This document shows, one piece after another, positions 9,864 to 19,536 of a stretch of 64,000 nt of DNA (the stretch's first letter is position 1; the number at the start of each line of letters is the position of its first letter). This DNA is from Candidatus Micrarchaeota archaeon (lineage in GTDB: Archaea > Micrarchaeota > Micrarchaeia > Norongarragalinales > SBBD01): contig JAZDGU010000029.1 in assembly GCA_043806595.1 (NCBI GenBank), positions 2,548-66,547 on the forward strand, given 5' to 3'. The notes beneath the pieces were generated by a model that did no database searches, was not told where the DNA came from, and was given only the letters and a program-made list of their open reading frames with translations. Both the position numbers and the translations under genes were made by a program.

Positions 9864-12800
9864 TTGGAGCCTGAGCAAGCCATCGCCGAGATACGCGCTG
9901 GGGACAAGCCGGAGCCGCAGCAGGCGCCCGGCCTGCCGGTAAAGCAGGAGGCCGCCGGGGAACTCGCCGTGGTCATAAGCGCGCTCAAGGACAAGCTCAC
10001 CGACGTTAGCAAGAAGAACCGGAGCCTCCGGCTGACCACGCTAAACATGCGCTCGCATTTCGACCTCGGCACGCTCGCCGAGGGCAAGCCCGCAGATGCG
10101 CTCCTCGAGAAGATCACTTCCGGCAAGAAGGCGCGGCTTGTCAGCCTGTTCGCCCACGACGAGGAGAAGATGAATGCCGCATACAGGCTCTCCCAGCTCC
10201 AGCTCGAGGCCGACTTCTTCGAGAAGGAGACGGGCAACTACGACCTCTACGTCGGGTACCCGTTCGCGGAAGGCGCTTTCGCCGACGGCACCTACTTTAA
10301 GTGCCCGCTCGTGCTCTTCCCCGTGGTCCTGAGGAAGGACTACCGGAGGCTTGAGCTGGCCCTCGAGCCCGACCCGGACCGCGCTCCCGTGCTCAACCGC
10401 GCCTTCCTCATCGGCTTCCAGAAGTTCAACAGCATAGCCTTCGATAACGAGGTCCCGGAGGAAATCGACGAAAACGGCGACCCGTTGGAGAAGGCGTTCG
10501 CGAAATACGCCGAACTCGGAATGAAATTCGAGAACCGCAGGACCCTCGAGAACAACCTGCAGACTTACGTGCAGAACCGGGGCAAGACCACGTCATCAAG
10601 GCTTCGCGGCAAAATCAAGGTCCTCAAGAACGCGGTGCTCGGACTGTTCCCGCAGACCGCCAGCACGCTTCTCTCGGACTACGAGGCGCTCAAGAGGGAC
10701 CCGCCCACAGCAGGCCTCCTGCACGACTTCTTCCAGGAACCCGACGACGGCAACCCCGCGCTCAGGCTCAAGCAGACGCGAATCGACGTCCCCGTCGTAA
10801 CCGAGGTGGACGACAGCCAGGAGGAGGCCCTCGCTGCGGCGCGCGTCTTCGACGGGGTGGTGGTGCACGGCCCGCCGGGGACCGGCAAGTCGCAGGTCAT
10901 AGTCAACCTCATCACCGGCGCGGTGTCGCAGGGGAAGCGCGTGCTCGTGGTGTGCGAGAAGCGCGCGGCGCTCGACGTCGTCCACAACAGGCTCCTCGGA
11001 ATCGGCCTCGGCGACCTCGCCGTGCTCGTCCACGACCACGGGAAGGACCGAAACGCGGTGTTCGAGAAAGCCGCGAGGATACTCGCCGACTACGCCGACC
11101 GCAGGCTCCCGGGGGCGGAGTTCGACGGCGCGAGAATGGAGGCGGTGCTCGACCGGCTGTACGCGAACAACCGCGCCATGCACGAGAAGCTCGCGTGCGG
11201 CGCGAGCCTGCACGAGCTTTATTCCGGGGACCCGATGCCCAAGGGCCCGGCGCTTCCGACGCTCACCCTCGAGGACCGGGTTACGTTCGCGGGGCTCAAG
11301 GACATCCGGGCGAGGCTCGAGGACACCATCCCGCTCGCGGTGCGCCACGATGCGCTGCAGGAGAAGACGCCGGCGAGGCGCAACCTCAGCGAGGTGTCGT
11401 CCGCGGAATGGAGGACGCTCGAGGAATCGCTCGAGACCGCGGAGCGCATGGAGCCGCTGCTGCACGGGCTGTGCTCGTCTTCCGCATGGAAGCTGCTCGA
11501 GCTAGCGAGGCTCGGCATACACTATCCCGTCACCCTGCGGCTCGAGGAGGACCTCGTCAGGCTCACGCGCTCGGGCATTGGCAAATTCACGGACGCCGCG
11601 TACTGGAAGGCGGCGCGCTACCTCGACGGGCTGGTCAAGCGGTGCGGCGAGGGCCGGAAGGAGAAGGACGCTGCGCTGAAGGCGATTGCGGGCGCGAGCA
11701 CGGCACACCGCCCCAAGACGCTGGAATCGATAGAGGCGCTCAGGACTTACAACTCGTGGATGAGGAACGTCGCCGGCGCGCTTGAGGCGCTGGAGGGCAC
11801 GTTCGGGCAGGACGCGACGGGAAGGGCGATACAGAAGGCCGCCGCAGGCGGGGACTACTCCGCGGAGCTCTCGGAAATCCGGCAGGCGCTCAAGGACAAG
11901 GACGGAGCGCTCACGCTAGACCGGCAGATCAAGGCGCTTTCCCCGGAGGAAAGGATCGCGTTCGAGATAGTCTACCCGCTCGTGAAGTCCGGCTACGGCG
12001 TCTCGAAGTCGCTCGACTCACTCGAGCACGCGGTGTACTCGAAGTGGATACAGCTGGCGGAGCAGTCGCGGCAGGACTCTTTCCTGGAAAGGGGCCAGCA
12101 TGAGAAGCTGCAGCGCGAGGCGAGGTCCTCGGCAAAGAAGCGCAAGCATTTCGCGCGCAGGCAGGCTGCAGCGGCATGGCTCGCGGGCATCATCCAATTG
12201 CCATACGGAAAGCGGAAGGACCTGCAGTTCCAGGTCGAGAAGCCGAGGCACAAGTGGCCCCTGCGCAGGCTGATGAACGAGCACGCGCCGGCGCTCCTCA
12301 AGATATTCCCGTGCTGGCTCGCCTCGCCGGCGACGGTCTCCTCGATTTTCCCGCTGAAGGAGGGCATGTTCGATTACGTGGTGTTCGACGAGGCCTCGCA
12401 ATGCCCAATAGAGCACGCGGTACCCGCCATGCACCGGGGCAGGCAGCTCGTGGTCGCCGGGGACGAGAAGCAGCTCCCGCCGTTCGATCTTTTCGAAGCG
12501 TACCTCGAGGAGGGCGAGCGCGGCGACGACGAGGACCCGCGGCCGAAGCCCCTGCAGGACGTCAGCGAGACCAAGTCCCTGCTGCAGCTGGCCCGCAAAC
12601 GCTACCACGAGGTCCTGCTCAAGTGGCACTACCGTTCGAGGCACGAGGAACTGATCGGCTTTTCGAACCATGCCTTCTACCGCGGGCGCATCGCGCACAC
12701 GCCGAACGCCTCCGCCTCCGACGAGCCGCCCATCGAGTGGGTGCGCGTCAACGGCACGTGGGACCACAGGAAGAACAGGGCCGAGGCCGAGAAGGTCGTG

Positions 12801-13652
12801 AGGCTCGTGGACCAGCTGATCTCCGGCCGCAACCCGCCTAGCGTCGGCATAATCACCTTCAACGCCAACCAGAAGGAGCTCATCCAGAACCTCCTCGAAC
12901 GCAAGGCGAGGGACGACCCTGACTTCTACAGGAAATACAAGCGCGAACGCGAGCGCATGCAGAACGAGGAGGTGCAGGGCCTCTTCGTGAAGAACATCGA
13001 GAACGTGCAGGGCGACGAGAGGGACGTGATCATCTTCAGCATCGGCTACGCGCCGTCTCCAGCGGGCAACGTCGTCGCGCAGTACGGAAGCCTCGCCGCC
13101 GAGGGCGGCGAGAACCGCCTCAACGTCGCCATTTCGCGCGCAAGGGAGATGATTTACGTCGTCGCCAGCATCGCTCCCGAAGACCTGCCGGTGAACGAGG
13201 ACTCGCCGACGGGCCCGAGGCTGCTGAAGGAATACCTCAGGTACGCGAAATTCGTCTCGGACGGCAAGACGCGGGACGCCGACACTCTTCTGCATTCGCT
13301 GAGCAGGATGTCCGGCGGGACGACGATGCATGCTACGGAGGCAAACCCGCTCGCCGTCAGGCTGGCGGAAACGCTGCAGGACCGCGGCCTCGAAATAGAC
13401 TCGAAGATCGGAGCGTCCGCGCACGGCCTCGAGCTCGCCGTCGTGAAAACCAAGAAGCCGCTGAGCTATTCGCTTGGCATCGAGTTCGACGGCAAGGAGT
13501 ACGACGGCATGCGCGAGCTCAAGGAATGGGAGCTCCACCGGCCGGAGTTCCTCGAGACGCGCGGCTGGAAGCTGCTGCGGCTTTCGAGCAGGGAATACTG
13601 GCAGGACCCGGACTCCATCCCCCAGCTTGTCAAGCAGGAGGCACGGCGGTGA
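9864..13652 (+). CDS. Upf1/DNA2-like SF1 helicase with N-terminal DUF4011-like region and C-terminal restriction-endonuclease-like (DUF559/REase_MTES_1575-type) domain
   Basis: Walker A VVHGPPGTGKSQVIVNL, motif II VVFDEASQC, helicase C-terminal motifs GDEKQLPP, NVQGDERDVIIFS and VAISRAREMIYVV. C-terminal LSYSLGIEFDGKEY...GWKLLRLSSREYWQDP resembles DUF559. First codon is TTG right after an in-frame stop. Confidence 0.75.
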   Translation: MEPEQAIAEIRAGDKPEPQQAPGLPVKQEAAGELAVVISALKDKLTDVSKKNRSLRLTTLNMRSHFDLGTLAEGKPADALLEKITSGKKARLVSLFAHDEEKMNAAYRLSQLQLEADFFEKETGNYDLYVGYPFAEGAFADGTYFKCPLVLFPVVLRKDYRRLELALEPDPDRAPVLNRAFLIGFQKFNSIAFDNEVPEEIDENGDPLEKAFAKYAELGMKFENRRTLENNLQTYVQNRGKTTSSRLRGKIKVLKNAVLGLFPQTASTLLSDYEALKRDPPTAGLLHDFFQEPDDGNPALRLKQTRIDVPVVTEVDDSQEEALAAARVFDGVVVHGPPGTGKSQVIVNLITGAVSQGKRVLVVCEKRAALDVVHNRLLGIGLGDLAVLVHDHGKDRNAVFEKAARILADYADRRLPGAEFDGARMEAVLDRLYANNRAMHEKLACGASLHELYSGDPMPKGPALPTLTLEDRVTFAGLKDIRARLEDTIPLAVRHDALQEKTPARRNLSEVSSAEWRTLEESLETAERMEPLLHGLCSSSAWKLLELARLGIHYPVTLRLEEDLVRLTRSGIGKFTDAAYWKAARYLDGLVKRCGEGRKEKDAALKAIAGASTAHRPKTLESIEALRTYNSWMRNVAGALEALEGTFGQDATGRAIQKAAAGGDYSAELSEIRQALKDKDGALTLDRQIKALSPEERIAFEIVYPLVKSGYGVSKSLDSLEHAVYSKWIQLAEQSRQDSFLERGQHEKLQREARSSAKKRKHFARRQAAAAWLAGIIQLPYGKRKDLQFQVEKPRHKWPLRRLMNEHAPALLKIFPCWLASPATVSSIFPLKEGMFDYVVFDEASQCPIEHAVPAMHRGRQLVVAGDEKQLPPFDLFEAYLEEGERGDDEDPRPKPLQDVSETKSLLQLARKRYHEVLLKWHYRSRHEELIGFSNHAFYRGRIAHTPNASASDEPPIEWVRVNGTWDHRKNRAEAEKVVRLVDQLISGRNPPSVGIITFNANQKELIQNLLERKARDDPDFYRKYKRERERMQNEEVQGLFVKNIENVQGDERDVIIFSIGYAPSPAGNVVAQYGSLAAEGGENRLNVAISRAREMIYVVASIAPEDLPVNEDSPTGPRLLKEYLRYAKFVSDGKTRDADTLLHSLSRMSGGTTMHATEANPLAVRLAETLQDRGLEIDSKIGASAHGLELAVVKTKKPLSYSLGIEFDGKEYDGMRELKEWELHRPEFLETRGWKLLRLSSREYWQDPDSIPQLVKQEARR

Positions 13653-13655
13653 AGT

Positions 13656-13988
13656 TCACGGAGGAGCCCCGACCTTTTGCGAATACCTGCCAATCTTTTC
13701 CGTAAGTTCACGCAGGTATTTTTTCGGCGCGCGGTTGGCGACGTCGGCCGCATCAAGGAGCGCAAGCGATTTCTGCGGATTCTTCCGGCCAAGCTTCAGG
13801 AGTATCGCGAGTACCGTGCAGGGCTGTTTCATGCCCGTGTCGGGGATATTGAGCCCGTCAACGAGGGAAACGAACGCCTCCTCGTCATAGGCTTCCAGCA
13901 TGCTGGAAAGGAGCCCGGGCTCGCGAATGAAGATTAGGCGGCCGTGCTCCCTTACCTTCTCCACGACGGCGGCAGCCGATGTTCCCAT
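13656..13988 (-). CDS. hypothetical protein (111 aa)
   Basis: Internal-Met start of a longer ORF, chosen to avoid overlap with the divergent trmB-like gene. No recognisable motif. Confidence 0.3.
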   Translation of the reverse strand: MGTSAAAVVEKVREHGRLIFIREPGLLSSMLEAYDEEAFVSLVDGLNIPDTGMKQPCTVLAILLKLGRKNPQKSLALLDAADVANRAPKKYLRELTEKIGRYSQKVGAPP

Positions 13989-14046
13989 GGAATCCTTGGC
14001 TCCTTCGCCCAATTTATTAAGCTGTCGTAACATAGCATTACTACAC

Positions 14047-14856
14047 ATGTTGAATATCGATGCGGGGGAGATTGCGCTGCAGTTCGAGCTCACCCTCGGC
14101 CAGGCGAAAACGTACTCCGCACTGGTCCGGCTGGGCAACGCCTCCGCCCCCGAAATAGTCAGGGAGACCGGCATCCACCGCGCGCTCGTCTACGACTACA
14201 TGAACCAGCTCGTCGAGCGCGGGATGGCGGCCCGTGCAGAGGTAAACAACCGGCTCGAATATGCCGCCGTCTCGCCTTCAGCGGTGGCAAGGGGATTGCG
14301 GGAGGGCTGGGAAAAGGAACGCAGGCTCGAGGACGGTCGCAGGAAGAAACTGGAAGGATTGGTTTCGGAGCTTGAGCGCCAGTTTGCCGCATCCGAAAAG
14401 CCGAACGCGTCGATACTATACGGGATGGAGGGAGTCAAGGCCCTATTCAGGGAGATATCTTCAAGTTTGGGCCCGGGCGAGGAGGACCTCGTCTTCATCG
14501 CCAACAGCGAGGGCAGGGCGCAGTTCGGCCCGACGATATTGAAGTATTACCGGGAGATGGGGAGGAACGGCGCGAGGGCGCGCGTGATATTTGACGGAAG
14601 GCCCGAGACCGTCAAGATCGGCCTGAAGACCGCCAAACTGCCATTTGTCAGCGTCCGGTTCTTGCCTGCGGAGTTTTCCACCCTGACTACCCTGCACGTC
14701 TTCCACGACACCGCGTGCCTCCTGCTTTTCTCCAAGGCCGAGGTATTCGGGCTCAAGATAGGGAACGGAAAAGTTGCCGACGGGTTCCGGAAGCAGTTCG
14801 AAGCGCTGTGGGAACTGGCCTCGCCCCCGGCCCGCTTCAGAACCGCTCGTTCCTGA
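14047..14856 (+). CDS. TrmB-family transcriptional regulator (sugar-responsive HTH)
   Basis: N-terminal TrmB HTH LTLGQAKTYSALVRLGNASAPEIVRETGIHRALVYDYMNQLVERGMA with a C-terminal effector domain. Start at MLNIDAGE. Confidence 0.65.
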   Translation: MLNIDAGEIALQFELTLGQAKTYSALVRLGNASAPEIVRETGIHRALVYDYMNQLVERGMAARAEVNNRLEYAAVSPSAVARGLREGWEKERRLEDGRRKKLEGLVSELERQFAASEKPNASILYGMEGVKALFREISSSLGPGEEDLVFIANSEGRAQFGPTILKYYREMGRNGARARVIFDGRPETVKIGLKTAKLPFVSVRFLPAEFSTLTTLHVFHDTACLLLFSKAEVFGLKIGNGKVADGFRKQFEALWELASPPARFRTARS

Positions 14857-15358
14857 AGATGGAGGAGAGCTTCCTGCGCGGGAACCGCACGCCCTTCTCC
14901 GCGGAGTACCCCAACGTGATCAGCGCCACGGGGTACATGAAGTTCGGGGCGCGAAGCAGCTCCATGACCTTCTCGGGAGCGAACTTGCCGACCCAGCAGG
15001 TTGCAAGGCCGGCGTCTGCCGCGGCGAGCTGGAAATACGCGGCGGCTATCGTCGCGTCCTGGATGCAGAGGAAGTGAGCGCCGCGGAAGCCGTATTTCAG
15101 CGAGCAGCGCGCCGAGTCGGCGAAGAAGGCGAGGACCACGGGGGCAGAGAGGACGAACTGCTGCCTGTTCGAAATCCCGTATAGCGCGCGCTTGGCCGCC
15201 GCGCTGCGGACCGCGACAATGGAGTACGACTGGAGGTTTCCCGCGGAAGGCGAATCCTGCATCTCGGTCAAAATCTTACGGAGGACAGGGTCGGGCACCG
15301 GCCTTTTTTGGTACTTCCTCGTCGAACGCCTTGCCTTCAGCACGCCGATGAAATCCAT
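14837..15358 (-). CDS. nitroreductase-family protein
   Basis: RRSTRKY...P (FMN-binding N-terminus) and overall nitroreductase fold pattern. 20-nt convergent overlap with the trmB-like gene. Confidence 0.6.
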   Translation of the reverse strand: MDFIGVLKARRSTRKYQKRPVPDPVLRKILTEMQDSPSAGNLQSYSIVAVRSAAAKRALYGISNRQQFVLSAPVVLAFFADSARCSLKYGFRGAHFLCIQDATIAAAYFQLAAADAGLATCWVGKFAPEKVMELLRAPNFMYPVALITLGYSAEKGVRFPRRKLSSIFRNERF

Positions 15359-15464
15359 TCCGACCACCGATTGAGACGGAGGCATTACGGGAAACCATTT
15401 AAAAAACTCGGCGCTTCCGAATAAAGCAGGACTGACGCGTTCGAATCAAGGGGGGTGCATTGGC

Positions 15465-16634
15465 GTGCAGATTGCGGACAGGCAGAAAGTGCTCGGGACG
15501 GAGACCGCCTTCGAGGTCTTGGCGAAGGCGAAGTCACTCGAGGCGAAGGGCAAGAACATCGTCCACATGGAAATCGGCGAGCCCGACTTCGACACGCCCA
15601 CGCACATCAAGGACGCCGCCAAGAAGGCGCTAGACGACAACCAGACGCATTACACGCCCTCCGCTGGGACGATAGAGCACAGGCAGGCCGTCGCGGGGTA
15701 TGCGGGAAGGCTGCGCGGCATGAAGTTCGACGCGGAAGAGGTCGTAGTGGTGCCCGGGGGCAAGCCCATCATCTTCTACAGCATGCTTTCCATAGTGAAC
15801 CCCGGGGACGAGGTCGTCTACCCGAACCCCGGCTTCCCGATATACGAGTCGATGATAAACTACGTCGGCGGAAAGGCCGTGCCGTACAAGCTAGGCTACG
15901 AGAAGCAGTTCCGCTTCGACCCCGACGAGATACGGAAGCTCGTGACGCCGAAGACGAAGATGATCGTCATCAACTCGCCGGCGAACCCGACCGGCGGGGT
16001 GCTGGAGAAGAGCGACATCGAGGCCGTGGCGCAGCTGGCGCTCGAGAACGACCTGTGGGTGCTCAGCGACGAGATCTACTCGCAGATAATGTATGAGGGC
16101 AGCCACTTCAGCATAGCCGCGCTGCCCGGCATGAAGGAGAGGACCATCATCCTCGACGGCTACAGCAAGACGTACGCGATGACCGGCTGGAGGGCCGGCT
16201 ACGGCATCATGAACAGGACGCTCGCGCCGCACATGACTAGGCTGATGACGAACAGCAACTCGTGCACCGCGACTTTCACGCAGAAGGCGTGCATCGCCGC
16301 GCTGCAGGGGCCGCAGGAGCCGGTGTTGAAGATGGTCTCGGAATTCCGGAAAAGGAGGGACTTCATCGTCGACGGCCTCAACGAGATTCCGGGATTCGAG
16401 TGCCTTAAGCCGAAGGGCGCGTTCTACGTGTTCCCGCGGATCACGAAGGCCGCGAAGGGCAAGACCTCGCAGCAGGTAAGCGACCATCTGCTCTTCAACG
16501 GCGGCGTGGCCGCCCTCCCGGGCACTTCCTTCGGCAGCTACGGCGAAGGCTACCTGCGTTTCTCCTACGCCACAGACATCCCAGTTATCGAGGAGGGGCT
16601 CAAGCGGGTCAAGGAGGCGGTAAAGGCGCTCTGA
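15465..16634 (+). CDS. aspartate/aromatic aminotransferase (PLP fold type I)
   Basis: MEIGEPDFDTP...VINSPANPTGGV...LDGYSKTYAMTGWRAGY (PLP lysine SK). GTG start. Confidence 0.85.
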   Translation: MQIADRQKVLGTETAFEVLAKAKSLEAKGKNIVHMEIGEPDFDTPTHIKDAAKKALDDNQTHYTPSAGTIEHRQAVAGYAGRLRGMKFDAEEVVVVPGGKPIIFYSMLSIVNPGDEVVYPNPGFPIYESMINYVGGKAVPYKLGYEKQFRFDPDEIRKLVTPKTKMIVINSPANPTGGVLEKSDIEAVAQLALENDLWVLSDEIYSQIMYEGSHFSIAALPGMKERTIILDGYSKTYAMTGWRAGYGIMNRTLAPHMTRLMTNSNSCTATFTQKACIAALQGPQEPVLKMVSEFRKRRDFIVDGLNEIPGFECLKPKGAFYVFPRITKAAKGKTSQQVSDHLLFNGGVAALPGTSFGSYGEGYLRFSYATDIPVIEEGLKRVKEAVKAL

Positions 16635-16665
16635 AACCCGCTGGCAAACCGCGGAGGGGGGAAAT

Positions 16666-16676
16666 GGTTTAAATAG
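16666..16676 (+). promoter_or_regulatory. TATA-box-like element (GGTTTAAATAG) about 23 nt upstream of the 16698 ATG; short or leaderless transcript
   Basis: A/T box in otherwise GC-rich DNA at the canonical archaeal distance. Confidence 0.3.
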
Positions 16677-16697
16677 TGCAAGGGGCTAGAGGGCTTC

Positions 16698-17396
16698 ATG
16701 GGCATCATATCCCGCCTGGGGGAGAAGCTCAGGGCCGCTGGAGGCAGGAAGCCGGCCGAAGAGGTCCGGGTTGACTCCTTGAAGGGCCGCGTCACCCTTT
16801 CCGCAGCGGACATCCGGGTAAGGATGGAACTTTTCAAGCTTTTCCCGGGACGAAGGGCGTGGGGCTTCGAAATCGTCGTCGAGAACGTCTACGGCAAGGA
16901 ACTCCACGACGTCCTCATCTGGTTCACGTCATCCAAGCATGCCACGCTGGACAGGCTTCCCGAAGGGAAGATGGCGATAAAAACCGTCGAGCTTTCGATG
17001 GACGAGGCCCCGCTTGCGGATATGGCGGTGCGCATCGAGCGCGCCCACGCACAGGGTCGCCTCACAAGCCACTTCACGGTGCCCCTGCAGAAGGTCATGC
17101 GGGAATTCCGAGAGGCGGGAAGGATTGACGTCATCGAGGAGGAGCCGGCAAGGCGTCGGGTTTCCGAGCCGGTTCCAACGTGGAGGAGCAGGCCGCCGGT
17201 TACCGCGGCCAAACCCGCGGTGGAAACTGCCGTGCCGGACCCGCTGCAGAGGCTAAGGGAAATCAATCGCGAGAAGGCCGACCTGACCGCGAACTTCATG
17301 AAGCGCAAGGTCGACTACGCGGCATACTCCCAGCTGATGAACTCCCTCCAGAAGGAGGAACTCGACATCAAGGCGAGAATCGACTCGAGGAAATGA
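16698..17396 (+). CDS. hypothetical protein with C-terminal coiled coil
   Basis: 232-aa ORF with host-like codon usage. TATA-like box 23 nt upstream. Confidence 0.45.
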   Translation: MGIISRLGEKLRAAGGRKPAEEVRVDSLKGRVTLSAADIRVRMELFKLFPGRRAWGFEIVVENVYGKELHDVLIWFTSSKHATLDRLPEGKMAIKTVELSMDEAPLADMAVRIERAHAQGRLTSHFTVPLQKVMREFREAGRIDVIEEEPARRRVSEPVPTWRSRPPVTAAKPAVETAVPDPLQRLREINREKADLTANFMKRKVDYAAYSQLMNSLQKEELDIKARIDSRK

Positions 17397-17643
17397 ATTC
17401 CAGCCAAGGCCAATGCACTTCGAGGTAAGCGCCAGACATCAGACATAGGTATGCTCGTCACGGCGTTGGAAGTCGAGCACCTGGATTTTCTTGGCAGACC
17501 AGTCGACGAAATACTTAATCCTGAAACTAGACAATCGGACTCTGTAGAATCCATCGCTTCCGGATAATTGTATTTGTTTAGCTGTCCCCTAGCCAGCTGA
17601 CTGGTAAATAATTGATTCCTACCGAAAAGTATATATTCTTAAT

Positions 17644-17937
17644 ATGTATATAATATATATTATGAAAATCGAGATTTTCGTGTGCAAGAATTGTGGCAGA
17701 GAACACCGAAAGAAAGTGTACGCCAATGCGTCTGAAGGAATAGCCGACCTTTTTACCGAGCGTTTTTTCACGCCCATCTGGGAGAAATTCAAAGACGAAC
17801 CCCACGAGCCGCTGGAAAAATTTTGTAAGGACTTAATGTTTTTCACCATCTACACCTATCACTTGAACAAGAGGCGAATTCACATTGCGAAAGATAGCGT
17901 TGAACACTCAAACGGAACTGAAACTCCACAACATTAG
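17644..17937 (+). CDS. small CxxC ORF in the AT-rich IS leader (possible IS accessory protein or spurious)
   Basis: 97-aa ORF containing CKNCG, inside the IS upstream of the transposase. Confidence 0.25.
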   Translation: MYIIYIMKIEIFVCKNCGREHRKKVYANASEGIADLFTERFFTPIWEKFKDEPHEPLEKFCKDLMFFTIYTYHLNKRRIHIAKDSVEHSNGTETPQH

Positions 17938-18035
17938 AGGGTTCCTGAAGAAGACGGTCACAAAATTCGGCACCGGCGCCAAAGTCGACTGCCCTAAAGA
18001 ATATCTCGGAAAACCAGTTTACCTAGTGATCATCG

Positions 18036-19361
18036 ATGAACGTGAGAATACGACTTGAGCGAGCATTGCTTCAAATTGCAGAATTGGAAGAAAAGATAAC
18101 CGTGCTCGAGAAGGACAAGAAGTTGCTCGAAAACGAATTGCGGAAGTACCAGAACCCTAACACCCCACCGTCCGCACACCCGCACCTGAAACCAGACTCG
18201 ACACCATTTGGAAGGCGCCGCAAACGCGGCGCCCCACTCAACCACCAAGGCGCTACGCGCCCGTGGAAGAACGCAGATGAAACCAGAGAAATCACTGCCA
18301 GAGAATGCCCCGGATGCCACAGCCCGGATATCCGCGTGATTGGCCAGCGGCACCAACAAGTCGAAGAAATGCCGCCAGACATACAACCCAAAGTAATTGA
18401 TGTTGCCCGCGAAGTCTGCCAGTGCAACGCCTGCCACCTCAAGTTTCAAGCCCGAGACGGCCGCACTCCCATACAAGGACGCTTCGGAATCAACCTAATG
18501 GTCCTCACAATCTTCCTCAAATTCATCGTGCGCGGCGTCCTGCGCAAAACCGCAGGCTTTCTCGAGGCAGGATTCGCCTTGCGAATCACTCCAGCCAGCG
18601 TAAACGCAATAATTACCCGAGCCTCACAGGCTGCCGAGGGTGAGTACGAGCAGTTGAAGCAAAAAATTCGCGTGGCGCGAATCGTTTACGTGGACGAGAC
18701 GAGCTTTTCTGTTCTCGGCGCGAAATGGTGGGTCTGGGTCTTCCGTTCAGATACGGACTTGCTCATCGTCATCCGGCACGACCGGGGGAACCCGGTCGTG
18801 AAAGAAGTGCTTGGGGTGGCTTTCAGTGGAATCGTGGTGTGTGACGGCTGGCGGGCTTACGATTGCCTTTCGCTTGCGAGCATCCAGCGTTGTTGGGCGC
18901 ATTTGCTTCGCAAGTCGGCCGAGTTGGAGGAACAGTCGGTGGCGGGAAGGCATTTTAACGAGAAGCTGGAGCGGTTGTTCAAGTGCATCGAACGGTTTAA
19001 CCGGAAACCGCGTACTGAAGAAGAACGTTTGCGAAAGTACGGGTTGTTGACGGTTAGGCTGCGGGAAACGATTCGGTATTACTCGGGTTATCCTGAGTGC
19101 GGGGGGGTAGCGAATTACGTGGGCAACCGTTTAGGGGAGTGGTTTACTTGTGTTTGGCTCGAGGGAGTCGAGCCTACGAACAATTTTGCCGAGCAGGCCA
19201 TTCGCGAGACGGTCGTGGTTCGTAAGATTATCGGCGCGTTCCGTTCACAGGGCGGTGCGAGGGCTTATGAGAAGTTGGCTTCGCTTCTTGCCACATGGCA
19301 ATTCCAACGGCGTGACGTGGCGAAAGAACTTACGCGAATGTTGTCCACGGGATTATGCTGA
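18036..19361 (+). CDS. IS66-family transposase (TnpC-like DDE)
   Basis: N-terminal leucine zipper, Zn-finger CPGC..CQCNAC, and IS66 hallmarks VYVDETSFSVLG...WWVWVF, QRCWAHLLRK and TNNFAEQAIRETVVVRKIIGAFRSQGGARAYEKLASLL. Confidence 0.85.
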   Translation: MNVRIRLERALLQIAELEEKITVLEKDKKLLENELRKYQNPNTPPSAHPHLKPDSTPFGRRRKRGAPLNHQGATRPWKNADETREITARECPGCHSPDIRVIGQRHQQVEEMPPDIQPKVIDVAREVCQCNACHLKFQARDGRTPIQGRFGINLMVLTIFLKFIVRGVLRKTAGFLEAGFALRITPASVNAIITRASQAAEGEYEQLKQKIRVARIVYVDETSFSVLGAKWWVWVFRSDTDLLIVIRHDRGNPVVKEVLGVAFSGIVVCDGWRAYDCLSLASIQRCWAHLLRKSAELEEQSVAGRHFNEKLERLFKCIERFNRKPRTEEERLRKYGLLTVRLRETIRYYSGYPECGGVANYVGNRLGEWFTCVWLEGVEPTNNFAEQAIRETVVVRKIIGAFRSQGGARAYEKLASLLATWQFQRRDVAKELTRMLSTGLC

Positions 19362-19536
19362 CCAGCTAAACAAATACGGATAATTTACTTAAGTCGAAGC
19401 GTTTTGCGGGGACGGGTTCGGTTGCAAGTACGCCGACAAGTTCGTGAATCCTTTGCCGCATTCTGGCATCCGTTTTTCGAACGGTCTTGAGCGCCTTTGG
19501 GCTGAATTCTACGGAAAACACGCCAAGCACCCTGAA

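Larger units (their letters stand above)
17555..19401 (+). mobile_element. IS66-family insertion sequence (single-ORF ISBst12-like), about 1.85 kb
   Basis: Imperfect terminal inverted repeats, left 17555-17584 (cgcttc..ataatt..GTATTTGTTTAGCTG) and right 19364-19401 (CAGCTAAACAAATAC..aattta..gaagcg). Transposase stop lies inside the right IR. GC content is well below the flanking chromosome. Confidence 0.7.

Noticed and set aside
17420-17435. GGTAAGCGCC at about 17423, resembling the canonical GTAAGCG terminus of IS66 elements.
   Set aside because: No matching inverted copy on the right side. The actual inverted-repeat pair sharing GTATTTGTTTAGCTG lies at 17555-17584 and 19364-19401, so this is probably coincidental.
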